Shown here: in pieces, positions 27,125-40,334 of the stretch
Numbering within the stretch: the first letter of the stretch is position 1
Layout: each line of letters starts with the position of its first letter
NCBI GenBank assembly: GCA_951406725.2
Contig: OX597819.1
Span: forward strand, 25,068,001-25,192,000
Reading direction: 5' to 3'
Source of the DNA: Octopus vulgaris
Lineage: Eukaryota
DNA length: 124,000 bases
Notes under the pieces: generated by a model
What the model was told of the DNA's origin: nothing
Database searches by the model: none
Seen by the model: only the letters and a program-made list of their open reading frames with translations
Position numbers and translations under genes: made by a program

Positions 27125-28029
27125 GCAATGATAAAATACATTTAGTCAACTGGTTAAAGTGGTTGGAACCAAGAAAAGTATTCAGCCATAGAGACCATAT
27201 CAAAACTTGGACCCTGCAAATCACATCATGCCGTAACCGTTTAGGCGGGTAGTAATTCCAAATAAGGAGTGACACACAATGGAAATGTGTCAGTGTTGCT
27301 TCTTACATAAGACAACTGGTTTCTATAGTCAATGGCCTGATAAGATGTACACTGTAAAATTGTTGTCAATAGGAAAGGAATTCAGGTTTGGATAATAGGC
27401 CAAAATGGAACATTTAAGTGAGATGTGGAGACTGAAAGCTGCTTTGTAGGCAACTGTCTAGAAGGACAGTAACTCTGAGTAAGTTAGAGAGGACTCTTTA
27501 GTCTTATTCACTTGTAACTATTTTTTATGCCAGTAGAATGACAGAATGCATCCAGTCAAATCTACAAGATATTCACGACACCAAATGTGTATACAAGATG
27601 ATGTGGACTATGACAACCCACTTAACCCATGCCAATATGGTAGAAAACATACAGTGAAGATGATGATGATGATATTGATAATTTTGAGGAAGTTTCAGTG
27701 CAGTTTGTACAAAAGGGAGGTCAAATACCTAGTATTAATTCTAGGATGTTACTAGCCATTTTATGAACTTGTCTGATGTTTGAATTCAAATTGTAGGATG
27801 GCAGAACTTAATCATATAAATCATTTAGTTTGGCGCTTAAACTGTTTATTTCACTTCAGTTTGTCATTACTTGTCATTGTTTACAGTTATTGGTGAAAGC
27901 ATCTGGAGAGTTTGGATAAAATGGTCTTTGAATCCATTTACATTCTGTTTGAAACCCCATTGGGAGCCATTTTTTTTTTTTTTTTTTGCATCCTTGACCG
28001 TTTTTGAACTCAGAATGTAAAATGTTGAA

Positions 28030-28315
28030 GATATTTTCCTCAACAGGCCCTGCCCTATTTAACATTGTCTCGAAGGAGATCAAAGAGGAAAAGGATCCCA
28101 TCAACTTTAAACAGAGTCTGGATAGATTCCTTCAAAGAATACCAGATAAGCCACCCATAATTGGATACAACTCACCCAACAAGAACTCACTACTTGAACA
28201 AAACTTGCCTTAAACAGGATTCGCATAATCCTATCAGGTGGTGCTATTAAGTTAGACATGGCCTGGACCAATCTTTGGTCGAAACATATCTAAGTTTATC
28301 TAAGTTTAAGTTTAT
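28030..28315 (+). pseudogene. CR1-like LINE 3' end
   Basis: GPALFNIVSKEIKEEKDPINFKQSLDRFLQRIPDKPPIIGY..NSLL, then CTAAGTTTAT tail repeats. Confidence 0.65.
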
Positions 28316-28957
28316 ACTGCAAAGCATTTTTTAGCTCTGATCTAACAATTCTGCTAATCCATCAACTTGATGATAATAAATACCTCACATTAACATAAGT
28401 TCTGAAGTTTTTTTTTAAGGATGTAAACAGTGATTAAATCAACCCCAGTACTTGACTGGTACTCTATTTTAGCTATCCTGGAGCGATGAAGTGAAGTCGA
28501 CTTTGTTAAGACAAGTTCAGATGTCACTATATGCCTGGTACTTAGTTTATAAATTCTAGAATGAAGAACGTCTTCATAGTTGCATAAAAAAGTTTAGAAC
28601 TATGAACATCACTAATATCAATTTCACCTTCCTTGAAAATCCAAGGCTTCATTGCCTACATAAGCTTATGTTAGAAATATAATAGGGAGAGGGGTGGGTA
28701 ATTGAGTAACATAGACCCTAAGCGTGTGTGCATGTGTGTGTGTGTGTGAGCATGATTACAAATATGGATGCTTATAAATGAAGGTGAGAGAGTGAAGAGA
28801 AATGTTAGTGTGTAGAAAAAGAAGAAAAGTTGTTAGGGAAGAAAAGTATAAGTTTATTGGAGAGGAAGAGGTGGGGGTTATTGGATTAAGCAGTTATTGC
28901 AAGCACACACATACACATGCATACATGCATACACGGAATGAGAGAATGATAAGCTAT

Positions 28958-28992
<35 letters not shown>

Positions 28993-30915
28993 AAGAAGGA
29001 GAGATCAAACAATCACTTGATGAAGAAGGGACAGGGAGTGATAGGTTATTTGATGAAAAGAGAGGTAAGGTTTTGTAGTAGAGAGAACATTTTTGCATTG
29101 GAAGTAGAGAAGGTTTATTGAGATGGTGGGGTTGAGAGAATGGATAGCTTATTGACTTGTACAGAGAAGCGAAAAGAGCTGATGATGTCTTATTGTAAGG
29201 AGAAAGAGAAGGGAAGCAAATGGAAAATTTTTTGGATTGGATATAGTGTTTAGAGTGTAAGAGATAGGTTGGTGGAAGAGAGAGAGAGAGAGAGAGAGAG
29301 CATACATTGTATTGAATGGAAAGAAAGTGTAAAAGTTGAATTGGGGAATATAAAGGAATGGGAAGAAAGCAATGTGGGTGTTAGGTAACAGAGAGAGAGA
29401 GAGAGAGAGAGAGAAACTGTGTTTGTATTTGCATGTTCTCAGCTGTGTGAGTTATGTATACATATGTCATCTGTGTGTATAAGACTTTGGGTTTATGTAC
29501 TTGTTTGAAGAGATTGGATACAGAAAGGGAGAGAGAGAGAGAGATAAGTGGGTGGATCAAGCAAGCAGTTATTAGGCAATTTAAGAGATGGAGAGGAGGA
29601 GGAGGGGGAAATGGGAGTGGGGGGCAATATACAGGTAACTGTTGGTGGAAGAGGTGATAGATGATCAAAACTAAATAGATACCTCCTCCTCCTCCTCCTC
29701 CTCTTCATTCTCCTCCTCTCCCAAATAGGAGGAAGAGGAGGAGGGAACTGATCGAAGAAGGAAATATGAATATAATTTTAATACATCTTTGAGGCATTTC
29801 TCTTTTCCTCTCCTCCTACTCCTCTGCCTTTCACTCATTTTTATTCTCCACCATTTTCTTAATTCTCTTATTTTTTCTCCTTTTTCTTCTGTTTTTTTCT
29901 TTTCCTTTCTTTTTTCTATCTTTATACTTCTCTTTCTTTTTCTCCTCCTTATTTCTTTTCTTTTCTTTTTTTTCTTCATCACCATTTTATATTTGTTTTA
30001 TATTTTTTTACTATTATATATTCTGTTTATATTTGTGTTTTATTTATTGACTTTTGATTATTATTCCAGATTTTCTTTCTGTTTCCATGTATTTTTTTTT
30101 CTTCTTTGTTTTAGTTAGTTAGTTTGTTTGTTTGTTTGTTTATTTGCTTATTTGTTTGTGTTCTCAGTTCAAATGTTATCTCTGGATGTGTTTCAGCTGC
30201 AGTCAAATCCAGGCAAATCGATGGGGTTTACAGAACTTGGCCGCCGATGCAAGAAGAAAGAATTACATCCTGGCCCTCAGCATCTTTACCACTATCACCA
30301 ACGCTACCAACGAACAACAGTAATACCAACAACAACAACAACAACAATAAATAATTAATCAAAACTCAAAGAAAAGACAAATGCATTTTCTTTCCAAGAC
30401 GCAACTTACCATTGCAACTACAGAGGATTGTACCATTACTGCTATTCAGGAATAATAATATATTATTAAATATATATATATATAATATATATTGCATTTA
30501 TATATATTATATTTATACATGCAATATACTTTTGTGATTGAGTTGAAACACTTGAATTAGGATCACCATTGGATACCAAATTATACATCTACTAAAGAAA
30601 CACCCCACTAGTTCCATTTTTTTGGAATCTGTTTGAGCCAAATATAATTCTCCACTTTCCTTGTCTTTTTTTTTTTTCATCCATATTTGGTCTTTTATTT
30701 ATTTGATTGTTTGTTTACTTTTTGTAATTAAACAAAAAGTTGTTGCCACCAGTCCAGCCTATCACTATCCTGTACTATCTATAACTACTGTCCAATGCAG
30801 TCTGAGCCATAATATTACTAAAAAGAGGGTAGTGCTTTTCAAGTAAGAATTTCAACCACCACCATCACCACCACCACCACTATCACCGCCAAGGTATTGA
30901 GTTAACGGAGGAGAA

Positions 30916-30948
30916 ATGTCTGTAAAATTACCTGTCGACGATGCTTAG
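30916..30948 (+). promoter_or_regulatory. 10-codon upstream ORF (MSVKLPVDDA*) overlapping ATG 30941
   Basis: ATG 30916 to TAG 30946-48, out of frame with the main ORF; functional only if this stretch is in the mRNA. Confidence 0.4.
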
Positions 30949-31085
30949 TCTACTAGTAAAGAGCCGGACACGACTGTCACCTATGAAATTACAACTTCAC
31001 TTGGCTCTCATTCTGTTCACTTTCACATTTCTACACACAGTGACTAGTTACTCTCCAGGGGATTATCGCTATATTTCTTATGATG
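30941..31085 (+). CDS. Sema5: Semaphorin-5-like, coding exon 1 (signal peptide); start at ATG 30941 or in-frame ATG 30983
   Basis: (MLSLLVKSRTRLSP)MKLQLHLALILFTFTFLHTVTSYSPGDYRYISYD, hydrophobic signal-like stretch. Donor G|gtaag at 31086 is phase 1, matching exon 2. Confidence 0.75.
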
Positions 31086-32088
31086 GTAAGTTATTCAGTT
31101 TATTTATTTCATTTATTGGTTTATTTGTTATTCTATTTGCTGCTTTTTAAATGTGTGTTTTTGAATTTTTTTTTTTTTTTCATGTTTTTAGTCAGTGGAT
31201 TCCAGTCAAGTTTGGGCACCGTCTGCCTGGGTTTAAAAATCCATTGTGTAGATTCCATTATTTATTTCAGCCTAGTATTTATTTCATGGATTTCTGTTGA
31301 ATCCGTTAACTTAAGGGATTCAGCAAAAATCCATGAAACCCATCACATGCATTGTGTGTGTTTTATAGAAGGGGTTCGTACTTCCCCTCATTTTCACATG
31401 TGTTCACTGGTTGTAAACAAATGGCCTTGCTGTTCATTCGGACAATGTCAATTTGCATGCAATCACCACAAAGCGCATATCCAGGTTTCTTGACATTCCT
31501 TGTCATGTTGTGCGATCTTTGTTGACAAAAAGACACCTTCACACGAAATCATTTACTTTCACTTCTTTGCGTAAACACGTTTGGCCTGTTTGTTGTTTGA
31601 TTGCTTGGGAGAGTATTACGGTTCATGGAATCGGGTAGGGATTGGTGTTGGAAAGGACAACTGGCTAGAAAACTCTACCTCTATGTGGACACTAGCCTGT
31701 CTCATGCAAGCATGGAAAAGTAGAGGTTAAAATGATCATGATGATGATACATATTTATATGTAGGTGTATACATATATATATACGCACATGGATCTTTGA
31801 GTTATTGAGAAAGCTACAAAAATTGCTATTACAAATATAAAATAAAAATTTTCACTTTTTCAGTACTCAACCCCCACCACACAGACACACACACACAAAG
31901 ACTTTTTTTTTTTTGTTATCAATGTTACAAAACCTATTTTTTTGTTAATATCCTTTTAAGCTATAAGTTGATAATCTTTGCTGAAGATGTAGTAACCATT
32001 TTGATTCCTGCCATAATCCCATCTTTAGTCTCAAGCATGTTCTGTCCTCGAATACTTTATCCAATGTGTCCTTTTTGAAAATCAATAA

Positions 32089-32251
32089 GACGTAGGAGTG
32101 GCTGTGTGGTAAATAGCTTGCTTACGAATCACATGGTTCTGGGTTCAGTCCCACTGCGTGGCACCTTGGGTAAGTGTCTTCTACTATAGCCTCCGTCCGA
32201 CCAAAGCCTTGTGAGTGGATTTGGTAGACGGAAACTGAAAGAAGCTTGTCG

Positions 32252-32298
<47 letters not shown>

Positions 32299-32511
32299 TT
32301 GTGTTTCTGTGTTTGTCCCCTCAACATCACTTGACAGCTGATGCTGGTGTGTTTATGTCTCCGTAACTTAGCCGTTCAGCAATAGAAACCAATAGAATAA
32401 GTACTAGGCTTACAAAGAATAAGTCCTGGGGTCGATTTGCTCGACTAAAGGCGGTGCTCCAGCATGGGCACAGTCAAATGACTGAAACAAGTAATAGGGC
32501 AAAAGAGTAAA
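32089..32511 (+). mobile_element. SINE family A (a degenerate opposite-strand copy follows at ~32640-33030)
   Basis: Head, linker and tail present. Confidence 0.8.
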
Positions 32512-33155
32512 GGTATAATAAATGGAGAATTTGACTGTTATTTTCAGTAGGTCAAGCAATCATTTAGAAGTTTTGTTGTTGGCTGAATTGACTATATTTG
32601 TTATTGTTGTTGTTGTTGTTTAATCCCAGCTTATTCCTGATTAAGCAAACTTGTTTTTCTATTCTTTTTCTTATTCCACTCATTGTACTGTGGCCATATT
32701 GGGGCACCACCCCATAGAGTTTAGTTGATCAAATTATCCTTAGTACTTATGAGGTGTATCATTCTATTAGTTTCTTTTTGCCAAGCCACTAAGTTATAAG
32801 GATGCAAACAAACCAACAGCAGTTGTCATGCAATAAGAGCCGAATACAAAGAACTCTCTCTCTCTCTGACACACACACACATATACACACATAGCATTTC
32901 CACACAGATTTTTTTCTCCTAGATATTTTCACTAAGTCCTTGGTCAGCTCAGGGCTTTTATATAATAGAAGATACTTGCTCAAGGTGCCATGTACTGGGA
33001 TTGAACTTAAAACACAACCATGCTTGCATCTAGCCATGATCAACTATATTCCCTCATCTTTTGCATCTCTGATGTGTGAGAGATTTAGTTGTAATGTATT
33101 GAGCAATCGAGCAATGTTATTGAAGCTCCATGATTTAACCCAGGTAAAAGAATAT

Positions 33156-33543
33156 GGATGGAAGCACTCCGTCGGTTACGACGATGAGGGTTCCGGTTGA
33201 TCCGAATCAACGGAACAGCCTGCTCGTGAAATTAACGTGTAAGTGGCTGAGCACTCCACAGACACGTGTACCCTTAACGTAGTTCTGAGGGATATTCAGC
33301 GTGACACAGAGAGTGACAAGGCCGGCCCCTTGAAATACAGGTACAACAGAAACAGGAAGTAAGAGTGAGAGAAAGTTGTGGTGAAAGAGTACAGCAGGGA
33401 TCACCACCATCCCTGCTGGAGCCTCGTGGAGCTTTTAGGTGTTTTCGCTCAATAAACACTCACAACGCCCGGTCTGGGAATCGAAACTGCGATCCTATGA
33501 CCGCGAGTCCGCTGCCCTAACCACTGGGCCATTGCGCCTCCAC
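33156..33543 (-). mobile_element. SINE family D
   Basis: Reverse-complement family match. Confidence 0.85.
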
Positions 33544-34060
33544 AAAAATGAATATATGGAGAAGTTGTATCTTCAGTGTGGAATAATGCTGATTAAAACA
33601 TGTACATAAAACAACAACAAAAAAACTCTTTATAATCTCGGGTTTATAATCAAAATTATCAGTCTAATCTATTTGAGGTAATATACATTGTACTTCATCA
33701 TTTTGGCTTTGGCAGTATGTAGTATAGTGTTCTCAACATGTGTAGGATTAAGTTCATAGACCTTGTTCTATGGTCATAATCCTTTCTGACTGGACATTTC
33801 ATTGGTCACTTAGAAGGAAGTATTTCAAGAGAGATGTTTCAATAACCATAAGAGGTAGTTTCCAATGAGTTTATTATAAGTTAAACAAGTGAATATATAG
33901 AGGACCAAACAAAATTGTACTTGCTTTATTTATTGTTGTGGCTGTCGTCATTTTACTTCAGGTCACTACTGATTGAATAGCCAGACCTATGGTCAAAGCA
34001 ACAACCATCTTGCCCTCAATTTTTATTTACTTACTTATTCAATTATCTATTTGTTTCTTC

Positions 34061-34268
34061 ACTCTTTTACTTGTTTCAGTCCATTTGACTGCGGCCATGC
34101 TGGAGCACCGCCTTTAGTCGAGCAACTCGACCTCGGGACTTATTCTTTTTATAAGCCCAGTACTTATTCTATCGGTCTCTTTTTGCCGAACCGCTAAGTG
34201 ACGGGGACGTAAACACACCAGCATCGGTTGTCAAGCAATGCTAGGGGGACAAACACAGACACACAAAC

Positions 34269-34299
<31 letters not shown>

Positions 34300-34465
34300 C
34301 ATATATACGACAGGCTTCCTTCAGTTTCCGTCTACCAAATCCACTCACAAGGCATTGGTCGGCCCGGGGCTATAGCAGAGGACACTTGCCCAAGATGCCA
34401 CGCAGTGGGACTGAACCCGGAACCATGTGGTTGGTTAGCAAGCTACTTACCACACAGCTACTCCT
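34061..34465 (-). mobile_element. SINE family A
   Basis: Family match. Confidence 0.85.
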
Positions 34466-35140
34466 TTGTTTCTTTTCTTTTTTTTGTTAGGCATACCATA
34501 TCTAGGACTACCTTATCCTTTTATTTAAAAGTGATAAGATAAGATATGATATGAGCTATTTCTAGCAACTGAAGTGACCACATTGGCTTGTGTTTAATTT
34601 ATGTGTGCGAGGGAAGTCTTGTTGTTCAATATAGACCTCTAAGTTGGTGCAGCTTAGTGGAGGTGTGTGTGCATACATGTGCATTAGGGAGTATATATAC
34701 ATGTTTGCATTTGTATGCATGTATACTAGTGTCAGTTACATTTTTTTACCCCGCTCTGAAATGTGATATTCTCCTCTTAGTCTAGCATTAAAAAAGTTTC
34801 AACTTTTATACCAGTTGGACTAAATGTAATTAAAGTAAAGCCTATTGCTGGATATGAAGGAAAGAGCAGTATCCCATGGCCTTCACAGTTCCTCTGAGGC
34901 TGGTGAGATTGATGCTGTTAATGTTCCTCTCCAACCATTGTAAGTAACATCCGTGGGAAAGAGGATAGGGAACTCAAGAGAATTGATGTTCTGAGAAGAA
35001 AGGACTGGCATAGGGATTAGTGTGGGGTGCCAAGGATGTTGGACACAAAACAAGGCAGGTTACAAACCAGAGGAAGAAAGACAAGCAGGGTGGGAAATGG
35101 AAATGACAGGAACTTGGCTACTTCCAGTGAGCAGAGAACA

Positions 35141-35187
<47 letters not shown>

Positions 35188-35188
<1 letters not shown>

Positions 35189-35420
35189 AAGGTGGCGAGC
35201 TGGTTGAATTGTTAGCAAGCCGGGTGAAATGCTTAGCGGTATTTTGTCTGCCGTTATGGTCTGAGTTCAAATTCCGCCGAGGTCGACTTTGCCTTTCATC
35301 CTTTCGGGGTCGATAAATTAAGTACCAGTTATGCACTGGGGTCGATGTAATCGACTTAATCCCTTTGTCTGTCCTTGTTTGTCCCCTTTATGTTTAGCTC
35401 CTTGTGGGCAATAAAGAAAT

Positions 35421-35423
<3 letters not shown>
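35188..35423 (+). mobile_element. SINE family B inserted in an (AGT)n array
   Basis: Family match, (AGT)n on both sides. Confidence 0.8.
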
Positions 35424-35453
<30 letters not shown>

Positions 35454-36628
35454 ACAAAGCAAGGAGAGGAGATTGTATGTTCGTGGCTAGAAACTGAAAC
35501 ACATCTGTGAGTGACTTTATGTCAGGTGAGCTTTTCTGGTTACAGTTTAGGGATGTCTGCATGTGTATAATGGTAACTGTACTCTCCTTCATATGGAAGC
35601 AATACTCTCTGGTGAGCTTCACCTGAGTATCTAGAGTGTCAATAATTGTTTGGGGATGAAATATTTTCTGGCTTTGAAAAAAATGCCCATAGTTTTCTAA
35701 ACAATGGATCTAGAGACATAGTCTTTACTGATACATTAATACTAATAGCATGTGTTTGTATGTGTGTATGTACTGTGTTTTCTAGCATGCAAGTTAACAT
35801 GCTATATAGTAGTGTAAGCATTGAAACACCACCACTATCTTTTCAAATCTTGGTGCATTTTGCATGGAATAAGTCATCTTCATGTATTAGTTGATCTACC
35901 ATTTTTGGCTGAGAATTTTGGCCTGAAAAATCTGAATTGTATACTGGAAAATACAGTATTTATGTATTTGTGGGACCAAATATAAATGTTAGTTTAGTCT
36001 GAGTTTAGTCTAAGTTGTTCCATATATTTAAACAGGATGCTTTACTCCTCCAGTTTAATGAAGTCAATGTTTATTGTGAGTGTGTGTGCATGTGTGTGTG
36101 TGTGTGTATAAGATGTGTCAATATTATTTTTAGGGAATTCTACTTATTCAGTTATACTCTAACATTACAAGCTGTTTGGCTGATAGCTCCTTATTCAGAC
36201 TAGGCTACAGTTGATTTGACATCAGGCAGATGCATGCATATATGCCTGTATGTTGTTTGTATGTGTATATATGCATGTATGTTGTATTTATGTATATATA
36301 AACTCATCTATATACACACTCCTGTACACACAGAATATGAAATCTAATGAGGACTGAGGATATCACTTAATGCCGACTGCAAGACGCAAATGCTATATAG
36401 AATGCTATATAATAGAATGCTATAGAAAGCCTAATAAGCTCTTGACTGAATTCTAAATGATATTGTGTGTGTGCACACATGCTCATGTGAAAATACACAC
36501 ATATATACATACATACACACACACATATCATAATGTACACACATATATACACTCACTTGTGCAGATACATGTTTTTTTATAGCATGCAACCAAGCCACGT
36601 TCTATTCTACATGCATGTGTGTGTACAT

Positions 36629-36720
<92 letters not shown>

Positions 36721-37710
36721 CTATATGTACATAAATAGATATATATTTAAATCAATAACAACAAATTAGCTAAGCTTGATTCCACCTCTTGATAAATAAA
36801 ATAACATCAAACTAAAATCCTATTTTATGGAATAAGTGGGTGGTTAAAGAATTGATTAAGGTAAGTTCTGGTACAAGAACTCTTTTCTACTTGTGTTCAG
36901 CAGACAGTGAAGGAGAATTCTTTTTTTAAGAGAAATCTTTTCATCATCACATTCCATTCTTGTTTTTTTCCTTTTATTATGTTGCTATTTTTGTTTAGAG
37001 TTGCTATCATGTTTTTTTTTGTTTAACTATAAACTCTAATCTCTAAACTGTAGTTTTAGCACAGTCCTAGGCTGTATTAGTAAATCTATTGATTTCAAAC
37101 AAAGTATGAGGTCTCCAATTTAGAGATTAGGTATGATCAGTTTATACTGACCACCCCACCTCAGTATTTGACTGGTACTTCAGTTTATTGAATACCCCAC
37201 CACTAGAAGAATGAAATGCAAAATTGCCTCTTGTGGAATCTGAATTAAAAAGGAATCTTTTTAAAGTTATTTTTTATCAATCTGTTCCATACATTACAGC
37301 CAAGTCTTCAGTTTGAAGATAACTTTCTCACATCCACCCACCAATACTGAAGGCTCTGAAAGGCTGTTGGCACAGGATTTCCTCTTCTTTTAAGCTCATG
37401 TATATTTGTATGTTTAGCATTGAGTGTCAGCAGAAAGAGTAGTGGAAGTCTGCATTATGTTCAATTGTCTGCTCTAGAACATTTTCTATGGCAAGATGCT
37501 CTTCCTGACGCCAAGCACTTCACAGAATGTAATAGATGCCTTTCTTCATAGCACCAACACTATTGAGGTCACCATGTAACTTCCAAGACTAAGATCCCCT
37601 TTGATCAAGTAAGACTATGGAAGAGAAGGTGGCAAGTTTTATGCTATGTGATGAAAGACTTAAGTGACATAAATGTCCAGAACAGGTTTCTTGCTGTATA
37701 TATGTATATG

Positions 37711-37747
<37 letters not shown>

Positions 37748-38569
37748 TTAATGCACACACATATACATACACACACATATGACAGGTTTCGTACTGTTTC
37801 CATGTACCAAAATTTGCTTACATGGCATTCATTGTCTTGTGGCTTCAGCAGGAGACATTTGCCTAAGGTCCTAAGGTGCTGCATGGTAGAACTGAACTCT
37901 GAACCACATATTTGAGAAGCAAACTTCTCAACCACACCACACAGTCGTGCCTGTGCCTTATAAATACATCCATATTTTTACATTCATTTCCCTGTCAATG
38001 AGTTGGACATTACAATATTCTTTGATAGGGATTTTGTTTCAACTAATTTATTCTTATTCATCTAGATTCATAAAAGCAATTCATGTGACATCCTACTCAA
38101 CAACAAACTCTGCTGATTATACATATTGGTCTGTTAAATCAACTAACTGGTAGTACCCTTTGTAGTTCTGTATATTCTACTAAATATTCTAAATATTTCT
38201 TTATCATTGGCTCATCTGTGAGCAGTAAGAGAATGATAGATACTATGCTCCTTGCTATTTGTCTCAACAACATTCACACAAAGAAAATCATGAACCATAA
38301 ACTCTTAAGGCATTCATTCACAGCTGTGTTTGTTAGTTAAGAATATTACATGCATCTGAGCTAATGAAGGTCATTAGACCTGCTTAAAATAACAGTCAAA
38401 TCTCCTTCAATTTCCAACCCCCTATTTTTAAAAGGGATACATTTTGATAATGCATTTTGTCTGGAAAAAAAAAACATGATGGTTATGCCTAGAATGCTTT
38501 TGATCATAGTTCTATTCAATCATGGCTATCTATCTTGGTACTAAACACCAAGTGCTTATACTGCATACA

Positions 38570-39430
38570 GAATCTAGAGGAAGTTACACACTATCACCAA
38601 CAAGTGAAACACAAACATCATAGAAACAAAGTAAAGATTAACTCTATGTATTACATTTCCTGTAAGCTTTGTTACTCTCAAAATGACAGACAGGTAGTCT
38701 TTTTGATCCTTTGATAAAACTGTCTTCACTAACTTTTCAAAATTAATCACACACACTATTCTTTAAACATGATAGTTCTGGAAGTTGCACATTTGCTGTC
38801 CACATTTCTTGCAACTTTACAACTTTATACCACAAAACATTTAACAAACTCTCTTCCTCTTACCACAATGTTTACACAATGTATGCCAAGTGACCCAACA
38901 AAGTAACTAGCCAAACATTGTATTTCAGAGCTATCTCTTATCCTTATTACACTTGTCAATATTTCTCTCTTTACTGGGAACTAACTCCAGAAACATACAC
39001 TGGTGTGTCTCCTTCCCAAGAAAGGAACTGAGAATCAGACACCCACGAAGGCAACTCATCTCACTATGACAATTACTTCCATATCAATTCAACCATCTCA
39101 AAGATTATGGAAACTTTTGTAAACAACCACTTCTTTCATCTCCTTCAATTTCTCCCCTTCAGAGCAGTTTCTGTAGAACCAGAGCCACAAAACACTTAGA
39201 CTTCACAAAACACAATAATGGTCTCTTTTGAGAATTTTTCCAAAAGAAATTTTGTTATTCTTAACATCAGCAGAGCCTTCAACTGTGACTGGCTTGATAA
39301 CCTAGTTATCGTAAGTTGCTTGCTTATGGGCTTTGCCCTGTCCTCATCTTTTGAATCTAAAGTTTTCCAGGAGATTGTTCCATTGTAGTGTGTACTGATA
39401 GGGCTTTCTCCAATATACATTTCCTCCACT
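38570..39430 (-). pseudogene. Heavily decayed RTE-like LINE (endonuclease region)
   Basis: Only faint motifs (IFEMVE, DQKDY) across frames. Confidence 0.3.
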
Positions 39431-39915
39431 TTATTCTACTATAACTTTCAGTTATGTCTTTCACAGTCTTTTTTTTTTTTTGTACATTAATGATATAAAC
39501 CACACATATTCTTATACCGATGATACCACCCTCCACTCCTTAACATTCTACTGCTGGAGACCTTAAAAGCATCTTTGGGGACTTGTAAAACTTATAAACC
39601 TGATCTTTTTTTTAACAGTACTGTAACTATACACATTAAAGAAACAGTCTTGTACTATTCTCTTCTCAGACACTACACAACAATAGCTTTCAATGTTATT
39701 ACAAATGCCCTCTTATACTTTCCAAAGGAAACCTCACATAAATCATATTGTGAAGTCTGAATTTTAAAAAGTATGGATTTTTTTTTTCTTCTGAATTAAG
39801 AAATACTTATAGATAATTTACAAAAATATATGTAGATATATTGATAATGTCCAAGGGAAATCTTGTTAAAGTTAATAAGTGTAAGTATACACATAATAAG
39901 AAGAGCACAGAATTA

Positions 39916-40334
39916 TCTTCTCTATATATAAACGGCAGTTTGTCTGTTTGTGTGTCTGTCAGGTTGTACCCTCACCCTGACCATGGCTTTCAACCGATTC
40001 TGATGAAACTTGACACACACATAGTGTCATAATTCAAAACTAACGCAGCGAAAATTTTGAAAAGTTCCCCCAGTTCTGAAAAAAATCGATAAATTCGAGA
40101 TGGGGTCGAGAATCTAAGCTTTTTATATGCAACACATTTTCTGTTGTAGTTTTTGCAACTTGCATTCGGGAGACAGCTAGGAACATCGTATACACAGAAG
40201 TATTCGAGTGAAGAGAAGACATTGCAACCTACACATGCGCCTTCGTTTCCTAGAGGGAAAGAACTAGATTGGGATTAGTTGTTGCCTACTAGGGGCTCTT
40301 ACATACCCCGGGCAACGCCGGGCTATGCTGCTAG
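39916..40334 (+). mobile_element. Non-autonomous Helitron, type 2
   Basis: A|TCTTCTCTATATATAAACGG ... CCCGGGCAACGCCGGG hairpin, GCTAG|T. Confidence 0.8.

Noticed and set aside
26870-27145. Recurrent 'MVVIPAVLFHHNFLSLLL...' and 'MSSNARGTNTDTQ...' ORFs
   Set aside because: The same peptides recur at every SINE-D or SINE-A copy; they are incidental frames in non-coding repeats.
1-29600. A second protein-coding gene upstream of Sema5
   Set aside because: No non-repeat ORF or chain of phase-compatible exons was found on either strand by eye; very small exons could be missed.
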